A DNA stretch of 64,000 nucleotides from Candidatus Dormiibacterota bacterium (lineage in GTDB: Bacteria; Chloroflexota; Dormibacteria; Aeolococcales; Bog-877). The stretch lies in the NCBI GenBank assembly GCA_027313505.1, contig DAHVDN010000001.1, forward strand, positions 43,366 to 107,365, in the 5' to 3' direction. Positions 1 through 10,223 of the stretch are shown piece after piece (the stretch's first letter is position 1; each line of letters starts with the position of its first letter). Below the pieces are notes generated by a model. The model had not been told where the DNA came from. It did not search any database and worked only from the letters and a program-made list of their open reading frames with translations. The translations under genes were made by a program, and so were the position numbers.

Positions 1-1890
1 TCTCCCCAGTCGGCGTACTGGACACCCGTCTATGCCAATCCCATGGCCGGTGGCCAGACTGTGACCGTGGCCACTGAAGGGGTGACGGCCGCCGGGGTGG
101 CCTACAGGGTCGGTGCCAACATCACGGTCGGGAGCCTGGTGGCACATTTCCTGGTCGGGCCGCCCGGCAGCGCCCAGGGGAGCTACGCCTTCCTACTCAG
201 CGGAAGTGGAACGGTGATCAGTGTTGGAAAGGGAGGGACCTCAGCGCTGGGAATCAGGGCCAAGGGCCGGAGTGCCCAGCCGGTGAGCCTCACCACCAAG
301 AACAACCCCTGGCTGGGGGTGGGGAGCGACATGACATTGGGCCAGCAGGGGCAGCAGCAGATAAGCCTGGATGGCGAGCAGGTGGAGGTGTATTACAGCC
401 CTCTGCCTGCAAGCCGCTGGAGCCTCGGGGTGGCGATTCCAGTGGCTGGTCTGGACGGCAGCGTGGTCGGCCTCTCCCATCAGATAGGGCAGGGGCTGAC
501 TGGGGTGACAGCCTTGGTCGTCCCCGTTCTGGTGGTGCTGGCGGTTTTGGTGGTGGCCTTCACGAACGTCCTGAGCCGCCGGCTGGTGGAGCCGCTGTCG
601 AGATTGACCAGGGCGTCGGAGCGCATCGCTGCCGGGGACCTTGAGACCGAGGTTGGGCTCTCCTCCGTCTCGAAGGACGAGATCGGGACATTGGAACGTA
701 CCCTCGAAGAGATGAGGTCTCGCCTCGGGGAACAGCACAGCCAGATTGAAGGAGCCCAGCAGGAGCTGGAGCGCAGGGTTGAGGAGCGAACGACTGAGCT
801 GACCGAGCGCAACCAGGAGCTGGCGACACTCAACTCCGTGACCGGCGAGATGAGCCGATCTCTGGTGGTGGCGGAGGTGGCCGCCACCGCCGCCCATAAG
901 CTCGGCCACCTCTGGGACCTGACCGATGCCGCCGTCTACCTGGTCGACGGTTTGGAGTCGACCGGCTTTCGGCTGGTCGGTCGCTCCGACGAGTCCTCAT
1001 CCCCGGACCCTGCCGGGACGGTGGTGGAGGTGCTCGGCCGGCTGGGCGAGGACCCCCCGGTTCAGCCAAAGCAGTTCGAGGGACTGCTGGTCGTGCCCCT
1101 CATAACCGCAGGGTCTTTGGTCGGCTACCTGACGGTTATGCGCACGCGGCCCTTCCTCGGGAGTCAGCTGGAGTTACTGCAGGTGATGGGCGGACAGCTG
1201 GCCCTGGCCCTTCGCAATGCCCAACTTTTTGCGGACACCCAGGAGCTGGCGACGATCAATGAGCGCAACCGCATCGCCCGGGAGATTCATGACACTCTCG
1301 CCCAGGGACTGACGGGCATCATCGTGCAACTGCAGGCCGCCGAGGCGTGGTTGGGTCGGGAGCCGTCGAGGGCCCGGGACGCGGTGGAGCATGCCGGCGA
1401 TCTGGCCAGGTCCAGCCTCCAGGAGGCGCGGCGGTCGGTTTGGGACCTTCGTCCAGAGGGGCTGGAGCGGGCGGGGCTGGAGCGGGCGGTGCGAGATGAG
1501 CTGGCCCGCGTGGCGCAGCGCACCGGCGCCAAGACCTCTGTGCAGATAAGAGGACTCAGGGGACTGACCCTGGCGCCCGGGGTGGAGGTCGCCGTGTTTC
1601 GGGTGGTTCAGGAGGCGGTGGCAAACTCGTTGCATCACGGTCGGCCGAAGTCGGTCCGAGTGGAGATGAGTCGCAGCCAGGGTCATCTCAGGGTATCCGT
1701 GACCGACGACGGTAGCGGGTTCCATCCGGAGGGGCACAGGCGTGCCGGCAGCTTCGGCATCACATCGATGACCGAAAGGGCGCTGGCCTGCGGGGGCACT
1801 CTGGAGCTCGACAGCAGCCCCGGTGCCGGTACCAAGGTGGTCCTGAGGGTCCCCTGCCTGGCCGCGAGCTCTGCAGCGGCCGTGCCGTGA
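1..1890 (+). CDS. Sensor histidine kinase, NarL-partner type (HisKA_3 + HATPase_c) with TM, HAMP and GAF domains; 5' end truncated by window edge
   Basis: Frame 1 is open from nt 1 with no stop before the listed Met at 43, so the gene likely starts upstream of the window. TM segment ALVVPVLVVLAVLVVAF is followed by a HAMP-like linker. A GAF-like region and the H-box NERNRIAREIHDTLAQGLTGIIVQLQ are typical of HisKA_3. An ATP-binding region (GSGFHPEG...GGTLELDSSPGAGTKV) follows. The stop overlaps the downstream regulator start (GTGA). Confidence 0.85.
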   Translation, partial: SPQSAYWTPVYANPMAGGQTVTVATEGVTAAGVAYRVGANITVGSLVAHFLVGPPGSAQGSYAFLLSGSGTVISVGKGGTSALGIRAKGRSAQPVSLTTKNNPWLGVGSDMTLGQQGQQQISLDGEQVEVYYSPLPASRWSLGVAIPVAGLDGSVVGLSHQIGQGLTGVTALVVPVLVVLAVLVVAFTNVLSRRLVEPLSRLTRASERIAAGDLETEVGLSSVSKDEIGTLERTLEEMRSRLGEQHSQIEGAQQELERRVEERTTELTERNQELATLNSVTGEMSRSLVVAEVAATAAHKLGHLWDLTDAAVYLVDGLESTGFRLVGRSDESSSPDPAGTVVEVLGRLGEDPPVQPKQFEGLLVVPLITAGSLVGYLTVMRTRPFLGSQLELLQVMGGQLALALRNAQLFADTQELATINERNRIAREIHDTLAQGLTGIIVQLQAAEAWLGREPSRARDAVEHAGDLARSSLQEARRSVWDLRPEGLERAGLERAVRDELARVAQRTGAKTSVQIRGLRGLTLAPGVEVAVFRVVQEAVANSLHHGRPKSVRVEMSRSQGHLRVSVTDDGSGFHPEGHRRAGSFGITSMTERALACGGTLELDSSPGAGTKVVLRVPCLAASSAAAVP

Positions 1891-2528
1891 TTCGAGTCTT
1901 GGTTGCCGACGACCACCCGGTGGTCAGGCAGGGGATCTGTGCCATCCTCGAGAGCGAGCAGGACCTTGAGGTGGTGGCCGACGTGGGAGATGGTGGGAGC
2001 GCCGTCAGCATGACGGTGGAGCTGAAGCCTGACGTTGTCCTCATGGATGTCCAGATGCCGGTCCTTGATGGAATTCAGGCGCTGAAGGAGATACTCCACC
2101 TCCGACCGACCACCCGGGTGGTGATGCTGACCACCTTCGGCCACGAGAACTATGTGGTTCCCAGCTTCAAGGCAGGGGCGTTGGGATACCTGCTGAAGGA
2201 CGTCGGGCGGCTGGAGCTGGTGGCAGCCATCCGGCGAGTGGCTGCGGGGGAGTCGCTGCTCGACCGTCCTGGAAGCACTCGAGGGGCGGTGCTTTTGAGC
2301 GAGCGCGAGCTCGACGTCCTGTCCTGTATGGCTGGCGAGATGACCAACAAGGAGATCGCTCAGTCCCTCTACCTAAGCGAGAACACCGTCAAGACCCATG
2401 TCAGCCATATCCTCGCCAAGCTTGGGGCGATCGATCGGGCGGGGGCGGTTCTGCGAGCTTGGAAGCAGGGGCTCATCCCATCGGTCCCCGACGATCCTCA
2501 GCTCCGCAATCACTCTGATGGGGGATGA
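1887..2528 (+). CDS. Two-component response regulator, NarL/LuxR family (REC + LuxR HTH)
   Basis: N-terminus MIRVLVADDHPVVRQG...VVLMDVQMPVLDG is a REC domain. C-terminus LSERELDVLSCMAGEMTNKEIAQSLYLSENTVKTHVSHILAKLG is a LuxR-type HTH. GTG start overlaps the kinase stop by 4 nt. Confidence 0.9.
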   Translation: MIRVLVADDHPVVRQGICAILESEQDLEVVADVGDGGSAVSMTVELKPDVVLMDVQMPVLDGIQALKEILHLRPTTRVVMLTTFGHENYVVPSFKAGALGYLLKDVGRLELVAAIRRVAAGESLLDRPGSTRGAVLLSERELDVLSCMAGEMTNKEIAQSLYLSENTVKTHVSHILAKLGAIDRAGAVLRAWKQGLIPSVPDDPQLRNHSDGG

Positions 2529-2642
2529 CGGGGCCCCCACCTTGCCTCTAAGATCTGCACACTGCGTGGATCAGACCACCACCAGGGCGTTGCCGTGGGG
2601 CAGCGCATTTCGTCATCAGGGCACAGGAGGGTATGAAGACAA

Positions 2643-4586
2643 GTGAGAAGCATTCCGAAACTCTCGTTCTGGCGCATGGCGGGGGTGGCCACCGCGGCAG
2701 CCCTCTTCGTGGCAGCCTGCGGGGGGACCAGCGCTCCCAAGACCGTCTCAGGGGGTGTGGTGACATTCGCGGAGGGGCCCAACGCACCTCCGAGCTACAT
2801 CCTGCCGTTGGCAAGCGGTAGCTATTTCAGCGTCACCAACCTCTCCGACTTTTCTCAGATCATGTATCCACCGCTCTACTGGTTCGGGAACGCCGGAGAG
2901 CCCGTTCTGAACAAGTCGTTGAGCATCGCCAACCCGCCCGTGTTCTCCAACAACAACACGGTGGTCAACATCACTCTCAAGCACTGGCTGTGGTCCAACG
3001 GGACTCCGATCACCTCACGGGACGTGATCTTCTGGCTGAACCTGCTCAGCGCCGCGACCGACCCGAACTCGCCGACCGTCGGCACCAGCACCGCCCCGGG
3101 TCCCGGATGGGGAGCTGCGGTCTCAGGTGCCTTCCCCGCGAACGTCATCAGCTACACCGCAGTCGGCCAGTACGGCCTCAAGATGACCCTGAACTCTTCC
3201 TACAACCCGACCTGGTTCCTCTACAACGAGCTGAGCCAGATCACCCCGCTTCCACAGGCGTCATGGGACAAGCTGACGGCAGCCGGTACCGTTGGCAACT
3301 ACGACGCCCAAGCGGAGGCCCGGAGTGCGGTCCCAGGCACCACCCCGGTGCAGTACCAGCCCACCAACCCAGGGACCGGGACGACCGGAGCGTTGGGAGT
3401 AGCCCAGTTCCTGAACCTGCAGGCGCAGGACCTCACCACCTACCAGACCAATCCTTTGTGGCAGGTGGCTTCCGGACCGTTCGTCCTGAACCAGTACACC
3501 ACCAGTGGTTTCGTCAAGATGGTGCCAAACAAGAACTACTCGGGATCGCCGAAGCCCACCATCTCGGCCTTTGAGGAGTTGCCGTTCACCAGCGACACCG
3601 CTGAGTACAACGACCTCCACAATGGCAGCCTCACCATCGGCTACATCCCCCCTCAGGACCTGCCCCAGAAGGCGCAGCTGGAAAAGCAACAGAACTACAG
3701 TTTTGCCCCTTGGAACGACTTTGGGTTCGTTTACTTCCCCTACAACTTGACCAATCCCACAGCCGGCCCCATCTTCAAGCAGCTCTACTTCCGGCAGGCC
3801 TTCCAGTCGTTGGTCAACCAGCCCCAGTACATCACACACTTCTTGGGGGGCTACGGCACGATCGACAACGGGCCGGTTCCAACCTATCCTGCCAAGAACC
3901 CCGACGAGAGTTCTTTGGAATCCACCGGCCAGGTCTACCCCTACAGCCCGAGCAAGGCGGTGAGCCTGCTCAAGGACAACGGCTGGACGGTCAACCCCGG
4001 TGGGACCAGCGTTTGCAAGAAGGCAGGTTCCGCGGCCGGTGACTGTGGCACAGGTGTTGCCGCTGGCGCGGCCGCCAACTTCACCCTTCTCTATGAGAGC
4101 GGCTCGACGCCTCTCACCAACGAGATGGAGGCACTGCAGTCCACCCTGAAGTCAGTGGCGGGCATCGACCTCACCCTTTCCACCGCTCCCTTCGGGCAGG
4201 TGATCAGCACCGCGTTCGGCGGTTGCACGCCGACCAGTCCCTGCACCAACTGGCAGCTGGCGAACTGGGGCGGAGGCTGGGTCTATTCCCCGGACTACCT
4301 GCCTACAGGTGGTGAGCTCTTCTCGACCGGCGCATCGAGCAACCCGGGCTACTACAACAGCTCGACTGCGGACAGCCTGATCACAGCGACTCACACCGCG
4401 GCCACCGCAGCGGCGGAGACCGCAGCACTCTTCAAGTACGAGAACTACATCGCTCAGCAACTTCCGGTGGTCTACATGCCCAACCAGCCGTACCAGCTGA
4501 CGATCTACAAGAGCAACCTGAACGGCCTTGTGCCACAGGGTGTCTACGACGAAGTCTATCCCCAGTTCTACTCATTCAAGGGTTGA
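2643..4586 (+). CDS. ABC transporter substrate-binding lipoprotein, family 5 (oligopeptide/dipeptide/nickel-type)
   Basis: 647 aa. GTG start with GGAGG 12 nt upstream. The signal peptide has a lipobox (MRSIPKLSFWRMAGVATAAALFVAACGG). Size and composition fit SBP_bac_5. It is followed by two Dpp/Opp-type permeases. Confidence 0.85.
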   Translation: MRSIPKLSFWRMAGVATAAALFVAACGGTSAPKTVSGGVVTFAEGPNAPPSYILPLASGSYFSVTNLSDFSQIMYPPLYWFGNAGEPVLNKSLSIANPPVFSNNNTVVNITLKHWLWSNGTPITSRDVIFWLNLLSAATDPNSPTVGTSTAPGPGWGAAVSGAFPANVISYTAVGQYGLKMTLNSSYNPTWFLYNELSQITPLPQASWDKLTAAGTVGNYDAQAEARSAVPGTTPVQYQPTNPGTGTTGALGVAQFLNLQAQDLTTYQTNPLWQVASGPFVLNQYTTSGFVKMVPNKNYSGSPKPTISAFEELPFTSDTAEYNDLHNGSLTIGYIPPQDLPQKAQLEKQQNYSFAPWNDFGFVYFPYNLTNPTAGPIFKQLYFRQAFQSLVNQPQYITHFLGGYGTIDNGPVPTYPAKNPDESSLESTGQVYPYSPSKAVSLLKDNGWTVNPGGTSVCKKAGSAAGDCGTGVAAGAAANFTLLYESGSTPLTNEMEALQSTLKSVAGIDLTLSTAPFGQVISTAFGGCTPTSPCTNWQLANWGGGWVYSPDYLPTGGELFSTGASSNPGYYNSSTADSLITATHTAATAAAETAALFKYENYIAQQLPVVYMPNQPYQLTIYKSNLNGLVPQGVYDEVYPQFYSFKG

Positions 4587-4640
4587 CGGAATGCTGGTAA
4601 GCCGCTAAATTTCCCTCAACGGATGTGGGGAGGTAGCGGT

Positions 4641-4669
4641 GGGGACCCGGTCATTGTGGCCGGGCCCCC
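4641..4669 (+). terminator. GC-rich stem-loop (10-bp stem, 1 mismatch, 9-nt loop) between the binding-protein and permease genes; candidate intra-operon attenuator or partial terminator
   Basis: GGGGACCCGG-tcattgtgg-CCGGGCCCCC is read directly from the sequence. There is no U-tract, which is common in high-GC genomes. Confidence 0.3.
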
Positions 4670-4723
4670 GACCAGCTTCTCGCTCTAAGCAGCGACTACT
4701 CGAGGAGCAGAGGACACCAGTCC

Positions 4724-5668
4724 ATGATCGGGTACCTCATAAGACGACTGTTTCAGGCGATCATCGTGGTGATCGGGGTGACCATCATCACCTTCATCCT
4801 GCTCCACCTCCTGCCAGGAAACCCGATTCGGGCCATTCTCGGCACCCACGCCAGCTTACAGGCGGTCAAGCAACTGACCGACCAGTACGGCTTCAACAAA
4901 CCACTTCCTGTCCAGTACTTCATCTGGCTGGGGAACCTTATTCATCTCAATTTCGGCTTTTCCTATAAGCAGAATCAGCCGGTACTGGCCCTTCTGGGAC
5001 AGAGGATTCCCAAGACCTTGTTCCTTGTCGGGGTCTCTTTGATCCTCGCCATCTTGCTGGCGATTCCCGCAGGCATGTGGCAGTCCGTCAGGCGCAACAA
5101 ACCCGACGACTACGTCGGGACGGGTCTGATCTTCATCTTCTATTCGATGCCAACCTTCTGGCTGGGCCTTCTGCTCATCGTGGTCTTCAGCGAGTATTTG
5201 AACTGGTTTCCCTCCGAGGCTCCTCAGGATCAACTGAGCCTTGTGTCACAACTCAACGGGATGGTGCTGCCGATCGTGACCCTCACCCTGGTCACCCTCG
5301 CCCTCTTCACCAGGTACATGCGCAGTTCGATGCTCGAACAGAGCATTCAGGACTATGTGAGGACGGCACGTGCCAAGGGGGTCTCCAGGCGCGCAGTTCT
5401 GTTCAAGCACATACTGCGCAACGCCCTGATACCGGTGATAACCCTGATTGGACTGTCCATCCCCGGGGTCCTGAGCGGTGCAGTGGTCACCGAGACAGTC
5501 TTCAACTATCCGGGCATGGGCCTCCTCTTCTATCAGGCAGCGGAGGCCGATGACTTCCCGGTGCTTCTCGGGGTGACAGTTGTCGTCGCTGTCGCGACGG
5601 TCGTTGGGAACCTGATTGCAGACATTCTCTATGCGGTGGTGGATCCGAGGATTAGGTATGTCTCCTAG
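4724..5668 (+). CDS. ABC transporter permease, DppB/OppB-like
   Basis: N-terminus MIGYLIRRLFQAIIVVIGVTIITFILLHLLPGNP is canonical for the family. 314 aa, polytopic. Confidence 0.9.
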   Translation: MIGYLIRRLFQAIIVVIGVTIITFILLHLLPGNPIRAILGTHASLQAVKQLTDQYGFNKPLPVQYFIWLGNLIHLNFGFSYKQNQPVLALLGQRIPKTLFLVGVSLILAILLAIPAGMWQSVRRNKPDDYVGTGLIFIFYSMPTFWLGLLLIVVFSEYLNWFPSEAPQDQLSLVSQLNGMVLPIVTLTLVTLALFTRYMRSSMLEQSIQDYVRTARAKGVSRRAVLFKHILRNALIPVITLIGLSIPGVLSGAVVTETVFNYPGMGLLFYQAAEADDFPVLLGVTVVVAVATVVGNLIADILYAVVDPRIRYVS

Positions 5669-5718
5669 GCTCGCAGCCGGCCAGATCGGATCAGACAGCG
5701 CTCATTGGAGTTGATGAC

Positions 5719-6666
5719 GTGAGCACGACCGGGCAGATATCACCAGCCGACGTCGACCCTACGGGGTTCGGGCTCCGGGGTGCCGACGTCATGCCCGAAG
5801 GGGGCGAGGGCTATCACTCCGGCTCAGCGTGGCGGATGGTGCTCCGGGTCTTCTTAGAGAACCGGCTTGCCATAGTCGGGCTGGGCATGATCCTGTTCAT
5901 GGTTCTGTTCTCCTTTGTGGGACCGCTGATCTATCACACGCAGCAGGTGTTCAACAACCCCAACCTGGCCAACCACCCACCTAGCGGGGCGCATCCGCTT
6001 GGCACCGATCCGGTTGGCTACGACGTCCTTGGACGGCTGATGCTCGGTGGACAGAGCTCTTTGGAGATTGGGTTCGCCGCCGCACTTATCGCGGTCGGGA
6101 TCGGGGTCATCTGGGGGGCCGCCGCCGGGCTGGCCGGAGGCATCGTCGACGCTGTGATGATGCGTATCGTCGATGCCCTTCTGGCCATTCCGTTTCTCTT
6201 TGCTCTGATCGTGCTGGGAGCCATCTTTACTACTTCAATCCCGGAGTTGATCATCGTGATCGGGTTCGTCGCCTGGCTGGTTCCGGCTCGTTTGGTGCGT
6301 GGCGAGACCCTCAGCTTGCGCGTGCGCGAGTATGTGCAGGCGGTGCGGGTGATGGGTGGCGGCACCAGACGGATTTTATTTCGGCACATCATTCCCAACA
6401 CCATCGGAACGATCGTGGTCAATGCGACCTTCCAGGTTGCGGATGCCATCCTCTACGTGGCGACCTTGAGCTACCTGGGACTGGGTGTCCCTCCGCCGGC
6501 CACCAACTGGGGTGGACAGCTATCCAACGGGTTGAACTATGTGTTCGCCGGCTACTGGTGGTTGATCTACCCCGCCGGAATCGCCATCGTGCTGACGGTG
6601 GTCGCATTCAACTTCGTCGGTGACGCGCTGCGTGACGCTCTCGAGGTGCGACTGCAGAGTCGCTGA
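5719..6666 (+). CDS. ABC transporter permease, DppC/OppC-like
   Basis: 315 aa with a hydrophobic core. It carries an EAA-like loop and a DppC-type C-terminus. GTG start; the N-terminal extent is uncertain. Confidence 0.85.
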   Translation: MSTTGQISPADVDPTGFGLRGADVMPEGGEGYHSGSAWRMVLRVFLENRLAIVGLGMILFMVLFSFVGPLIYHTQQVFNNPNLANHPPSGAHPLGTDPVGYDVLGRLMLGGQSSLEIGFAAALIAVGIGVIWGAAAGLAGGIVDAVMMRIVDALLAIPFLFALIVLGAIFTTSIPELIIVIGFVAWLVPARLVRGETLSLRVREYVQAVRVMGGGTRRILFRHIIPNTIGTIVVNATFQVADAILYVATLSYLGLGVPPPATNWGGQLSNGLNYVFAGYWWLIYPAGIAIVLTVVAFNFVGDALRDALEVRLQSR

Positions 6667-7050
6667 CAGCTCTTGTGGGGGTGGGTTGCCGCGAGTAGCG
6701 ATCGAGCGGGCCCGCGCCCCTCACGATCGAATGGTCACTCGGTCGGGACCCTTTGTCCGCCCCGGAGCCCGTATGTTGGCGGAGCCGACGCTACGGGGCA
6801 GTCTCAGCCCGGTTCTGACTGCTGTCGAAGGAGGGGGGAACAGCGGCTTCTTTGGCGTCATCTGGGCCACCGTCAGACGACGGTTGGGCGATTGTGCTAG
6901 GTGGACTGTCGACGGTCATGCGGACGGGCCTAACCAGGATCTCTACACTCCGCCGGGGTTGGGAATATCCAGATCCATGAATGGCTGCTTGGCCCCCGAC
7001 CCTAGCTGAAGACGGGCTGGCTAACAGCGTCCATCGCAGGGACCTCCCAG

Positions 7051-8097
7051 CTAGGCGCTTGCGGCCAGCGGCGTTTGCAAGGGAAAGTGGCAGGCAGCCA
7101 TGTGGCGCGGTCCAAAGGTGCGCAGGGGCGGCTCTTCGCTTGCGCAGATCTCCTGGGCGCGCTCGCAGCGGGTGCGGAACCGGCAACCGGACGGTGGATT
7201 GAGGGCGGATGGGAGCTCACCGAACACCGGCCGTATCTCCTTGGCGCGTTCCCTCTTGGGGTCCGGCTCCGGGATGGCGTTGATGAGTCCCATGGTGTAT
7301 GGGTGTGCAGCCCTCTCGTAAAGGTCCTGGCTGGGGGCGATCTCGACCAACTTGCCAAGGTACATGACTCCGATTCGATCCGACAGGTACTTGACCACCG
7401 AAAGGTCGTGGGAGATCACCACGTAGGTGAGCCCATGGGTCTCCTGAAGGTTGTTCATCAGATTCAGGATCTGCGACCTGATGGACACGTCGAGCGCAGA
7501 GACCGGCTCGTCAGCGACGATGAGCTTTGGGTTGAGGGTGAGCGCCCTGGCCAGTCCGATGCGTTGGCGCTGGCCTCCGGAGAACTCGTGAGGATAGAGA
7601 TCCGCTGACTTGGGGCTGAGTCCGACCTCCTGCAGCAGCTGGCTGACCCGCGAGTCTCTCTCGGCGCTGTTGCCGATCTTCTGCACCGTCAGGGGCTCAC
7701 GAATGATGGTACCCACACGCATCCGCGGGTCCAGGGAGGCGTAGGGGTCCTGGAACATCAGCTGCAGATCGCGGCGGCGTCGACGGAACTCTCGTCCTTT
7801 GAGTTTCGCGATGTCGCTTCCCTCAAAGAAAATCTCCCCTGAGGTCGGCTTCTCCAAGCCCACGATCATGCGTCCGATGGTTGTCTTGCCGCATCCGGAC
7901 TCACCGACGAGGCCGAAGGTCTCACCCTTGGCTACCTGAAGGGAGACATCCGATACCGCCTTGACCGATCCGATCCGGCGTTGGAGTACTGCGCCGGCTG
8001 TGACCGGGAACTCCTTCACCAGATGGCGCAGCTCCAGAAATGCGGTGGCAGGAGCGCCCGGCCCGTCGGCGACGGTTGTCGCTGCTGTGGTTGTCAT
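7051..8097 (-). CDS. ABC transporter ATP-binding protein, OppF/DppF-like, with C-terminal oligopeptide-transporter extension
   Basis: Walker A (GESGCGKTT), signature (FSGGQRQRIGLARAL) and Walker B (LIVADEPVSALD) are present. The C-terminal extension is Cys-rich. It is convergent to the permease genes. Confidence 0.9.
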   Translation of the reverse strand: MTTTAATTVADGPGAPATAFLELRHLVKEFPVTAGAVLQRRIGSVKAVSDVSLQVAKGETFGLVGESGCGKTTIGRMIVGLEKPTSGEIFFEGSDIAKLKGREFRRRRRDLQLMFQDPYASLDPRMRVGTIIREPLTVQKIGNSAERDSRVSQLLQEVGLSPKSADLYPHEFSGGQRQRIGLARALTLNPKLIVADEPVSALDVSIRSQILNLMNNLQETHGLTYVVISHDLSVVKYLSDRIGVMYLGKLVEIAPSQDLYERAAHPYTMGLINAIPEPDPKRERAKEIRPVFGELPSALNPPSGCRFRTRCERAQEICASEEPPLRTFGPRHMAACHFPLQTPLAASA

Positions 8098-8145
8098 CTC
8101 ATGGGATCCTGATGGCTGAGAGGTGGATGGAGCACCCTGGCACGG

Positions 8146-9153
8146 TCAGGGTAAGGACACGGCTCGGGGCTCTGGTCTGACCCGCCCGACGGGGTTGAAG
8201 CAGGCATATTGGTGGTCTGGATTCTCTCCTGAGAGAGGGGGCTCCTCCTCCCGGCATCGAGCGGTTGCGAACTGGCACCGCGGTTGAAAGCGGCACCAGG
8301 TGGGGGGATGAGAGAGGTCCGGTGGCAAGCCGGGAATGCTGTACAGGGGAGCATCGGTCGGCTGGTTCAGTCGTGGAATGGAGGCCAGCAGGGCCTGGGT
8401 GTATGGATGCCTCATCGACTCGAACAACTCGCCGGTTGAGGCCGCTTCGACGATCTTGCCTGCGTACATGACGTTCACCCGATCCGCCCGACCAGCAATG
8501 ACGCCCATGTCGTGAGTGATGAGGAGAACAGCCATCCGAAGCCGTTGCTTCAGGCTGTAGAGGAGCTCAAGGATCTGGAGCTGGATGGTCACGTCCAGGG
8601 CAGTGGTCGGCTCATCGGCGATGAGCAGCTTGGGATCACACGAGAGCGCCATGGCGATCATCACCCTTTGTCGCAGCCCCCCGGAAAGCTGATGAGGATA
8701 GTCGGTGAGCCGCTCTCGGGGGTTGGGCATACCGACCAAGCCCAACACCTCCGCAGCTCTCTCCAGGGCCTCCTTCCGCGAGACCTGACGATGAATCCTC
8801 ACCATCTCCGCGATCTGATTCCCGATTGACATGGTCGGGTTGAGCGAGGTCATGGGGTCCTGGAAGATGACTGCGACGTCGTTTCCTCGGACATGTCGGA
8901 GATCCTTCTCCGGCATCCCCACCAGCTCCTTGCCAGAGATCTGGATGCTGCTGCCCGGGGCTATGTAACCGCCAGGCGGGAGGAGGTGCATGATCGACAT
9001 GCCGGTCATGGTCTTGCCACATCCCGACTCCCCCACGAGCCCCAGGGTTTCCCCCTCCTCAATGTAGAGGCTAACCCCATCGACTGCCCGCACCTCGCCC
9101 TTGCGCTGCCGGATGTAGGTCCTGAGGTCCCGGATCTCTAACAGTGCTGCCAA
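8146..9153 (-). CDS. ABC transporter ATP-binding protein, OppD/DppD-like, with C-terminal extension
   Basis: Walker A (GESGCGKTM), signature ([15 protein letters not shown]) and Walker B ([12 protein letters not shown]) are present. It lies 48 nt upstream, on the same strand, of the OppF-like gene. Confidence 0.9.
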   Translation of the reverse strand: MAALLEIRDLRTYIRQRKGEVRAVDGVSLYIEEGETLGLVGESGCGKTMTGMSIMHLLPPGGYIAPGSSIQISGKELVGMPEKDLRHVRGNDVAVIFQDPMTSLNPTMSIGNQIAEMVRIHRQVSRKEALERAAEVLGLVGMPNPRERLTDYPHQLSGGLRQRVMIAMALSCDPKLLIADEPTTALDVTIQLQILELLYSLKQRLRMAVLLITHDMGVIAGRADRVNVMYAGKIVEAASTGELFESMRHPYTQALLASIPRLNQPTDAPLYSIPGLPPDLSHPPTWCRFQPRCQFATARCREEEPPLSGENPDHQYACFNPVGRVRPEPRAVSLP

Positions 9154-9434
9154 CTCTTAGTCCCTAAGGAATCCGCGGGTGAACTTTCGCTAAGTTCCCC
9201 GGAGTATAGCGGTCCAATCCAGACCTCGGCACAGTTTCGGAGCGTGCGTGGCTGAACCGATCCGGAGGGCGCCTGTTCGATGGCTGGCCGCCATCTCGAA
9301 TTGTGGCCAGGCACCGGGCCGCCACGGGCACTGGGGGTCGACCCGTTTGTCGTCACCTGCCACCCCACTCGGGGCAGGCAGTGCTCTGGGCCGCCCTGAG
9401 ACTCGGAGCTCGGGACGACCGACGCCATCAGCGG

Positions 9435-10223
9435 CTAGGAGAGTCCCCAAGCGCTTGGCGGTAGGCGGTGGTTGGTTGGAATCGGGTCTGCTCCTCGAGC
9501 TTCGGTCCCCAGATCGCTTGGTACAACCCGGCCGGCTCGCATGCAAACGACTCGGTCAGCCCAGCCCGCCACGACGGCGGGATCGTGGGTGAGCACTAAC
9601 AAGGAAAGGCCCATCCGTTGCTTCACCGCCTGCAGAACGCCCATGACCTGCTCGGCCAAGGCCGGGTCCAGAGCGCTGGTGGGCTCGTCGGCTACCAGTA
9701 ACCTCGGCTCACAGGCGGTCGCCAGGGAGATGAGTACGCGCTGGCGGGTGCCCCCCGAAAGCTGATGCGGGTACGCGCCGGAGATGCGCCTGGGGTCGCT
9801 GACTCCGACAGCTTCGAGCGCTGCACATGCTCTTCCGATCGCCTCCCGGCGCGAGAGCCGGTGATGAGCCGCTATTCCCTCTGCGATCTGGTCGCCCACA
9901 GTCATGGTGGGATTGAGTGCTGCGGTGGCGTCCTGGAAAATCACCCCAATCTCCGCCCCCCGGATGGCCCTCATCCGGCTCTCGGGCAGGCCCAAGAGTT
10001 CCTGTCCTTCCAAGCGGATGCTCCCGTGGGCCACGAATGCCCCTTTCGGCAGCAGCTGCATGATTGACAGAGCGATCATCGTCTTTCCGCAACCGGACTC
10101 GCCGATCAGACCCAGGGTTTCCCCACGCTCCAGCTCGAGGTCCAGTCGATCCAGGGCCACGACCTCGCCGCGGCGAACGCGAATATGGGTGCTCAGGCCC
10201 TCGATCTCTAGAAGCGCCGACAT
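9435..10223 (-). CDS. Third ABC transporter ATP-binding protein (DppD-like, about 263 aa, no long C-terminal extension)
   Basis: Conserved N-terminus MSALLEIEGLSTHIRVRRGEVVAL begins at an internal ATG (10223). The upstream in-frame extension to 10388 is non-conserved and would overlap the neighbouring divergent gene. Walker A (GESGCGKTM), signature (LSGGTRQRVLISLA) and Walker B (LLVADEPTSALD) are present. Confidence 0.8.
   Translation of the reverse strand: MSALLEIEGLSTHIRVRRGEVVALDRLDLELERGETLGLIGESGCGKTMIALSIMQLLPKGAFVAHGSIRLEGQELLGLPESRMRAIRGAEIGVIFQDATAALNPTMTVGDQIAEGIAAHHRLSRREAIGRACAALEAVGVSDPRRISGAYPHQLSGGTRQRVLISLATACEPRLLVADEPTSALDPALAEQVMGVLQAVKQRMGLSLLVLTHDPAVVAGWADRVVCMRAGRVVPSDLGTEARGADPIPTNHRLPPSAWGLS

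Noticed and set aside
241-909. Minus-strand ORFs (222 aa and nested ones) inside the histidine kinase gene
   Set aside because: They are antisense to a well-supported kinase with conserved motifs. High GC generates long spurious ORFs.
2633-2821. 62-aa ORF starting at an ATG directly after AGGAGGG upstream of the binding-protein gene
   Set aside because: SD-to-ATG spacing is only 1-2 nt. The product is Gly/Arg-rich with no signal peptide. The overlapping frame from GTG 2643 encodes a canonical lipoprotein signal and the binding-protein body.
6620-7009. 129-aa plus-strand ORF in the convergent gap between permease and ATPase genes
   Set aside because: No RBS and a random-looking composition. 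It is most likely a non-coding convergent terminator region, though 6667-7050 is unusually long.
9138-9428. 96-aa minus-strand ORF filling the 280-nt gap between ATPase genes
   Set aside because: It overlaps the ATPase start and has no recognisable features. The gap is more plausibly regulatory.
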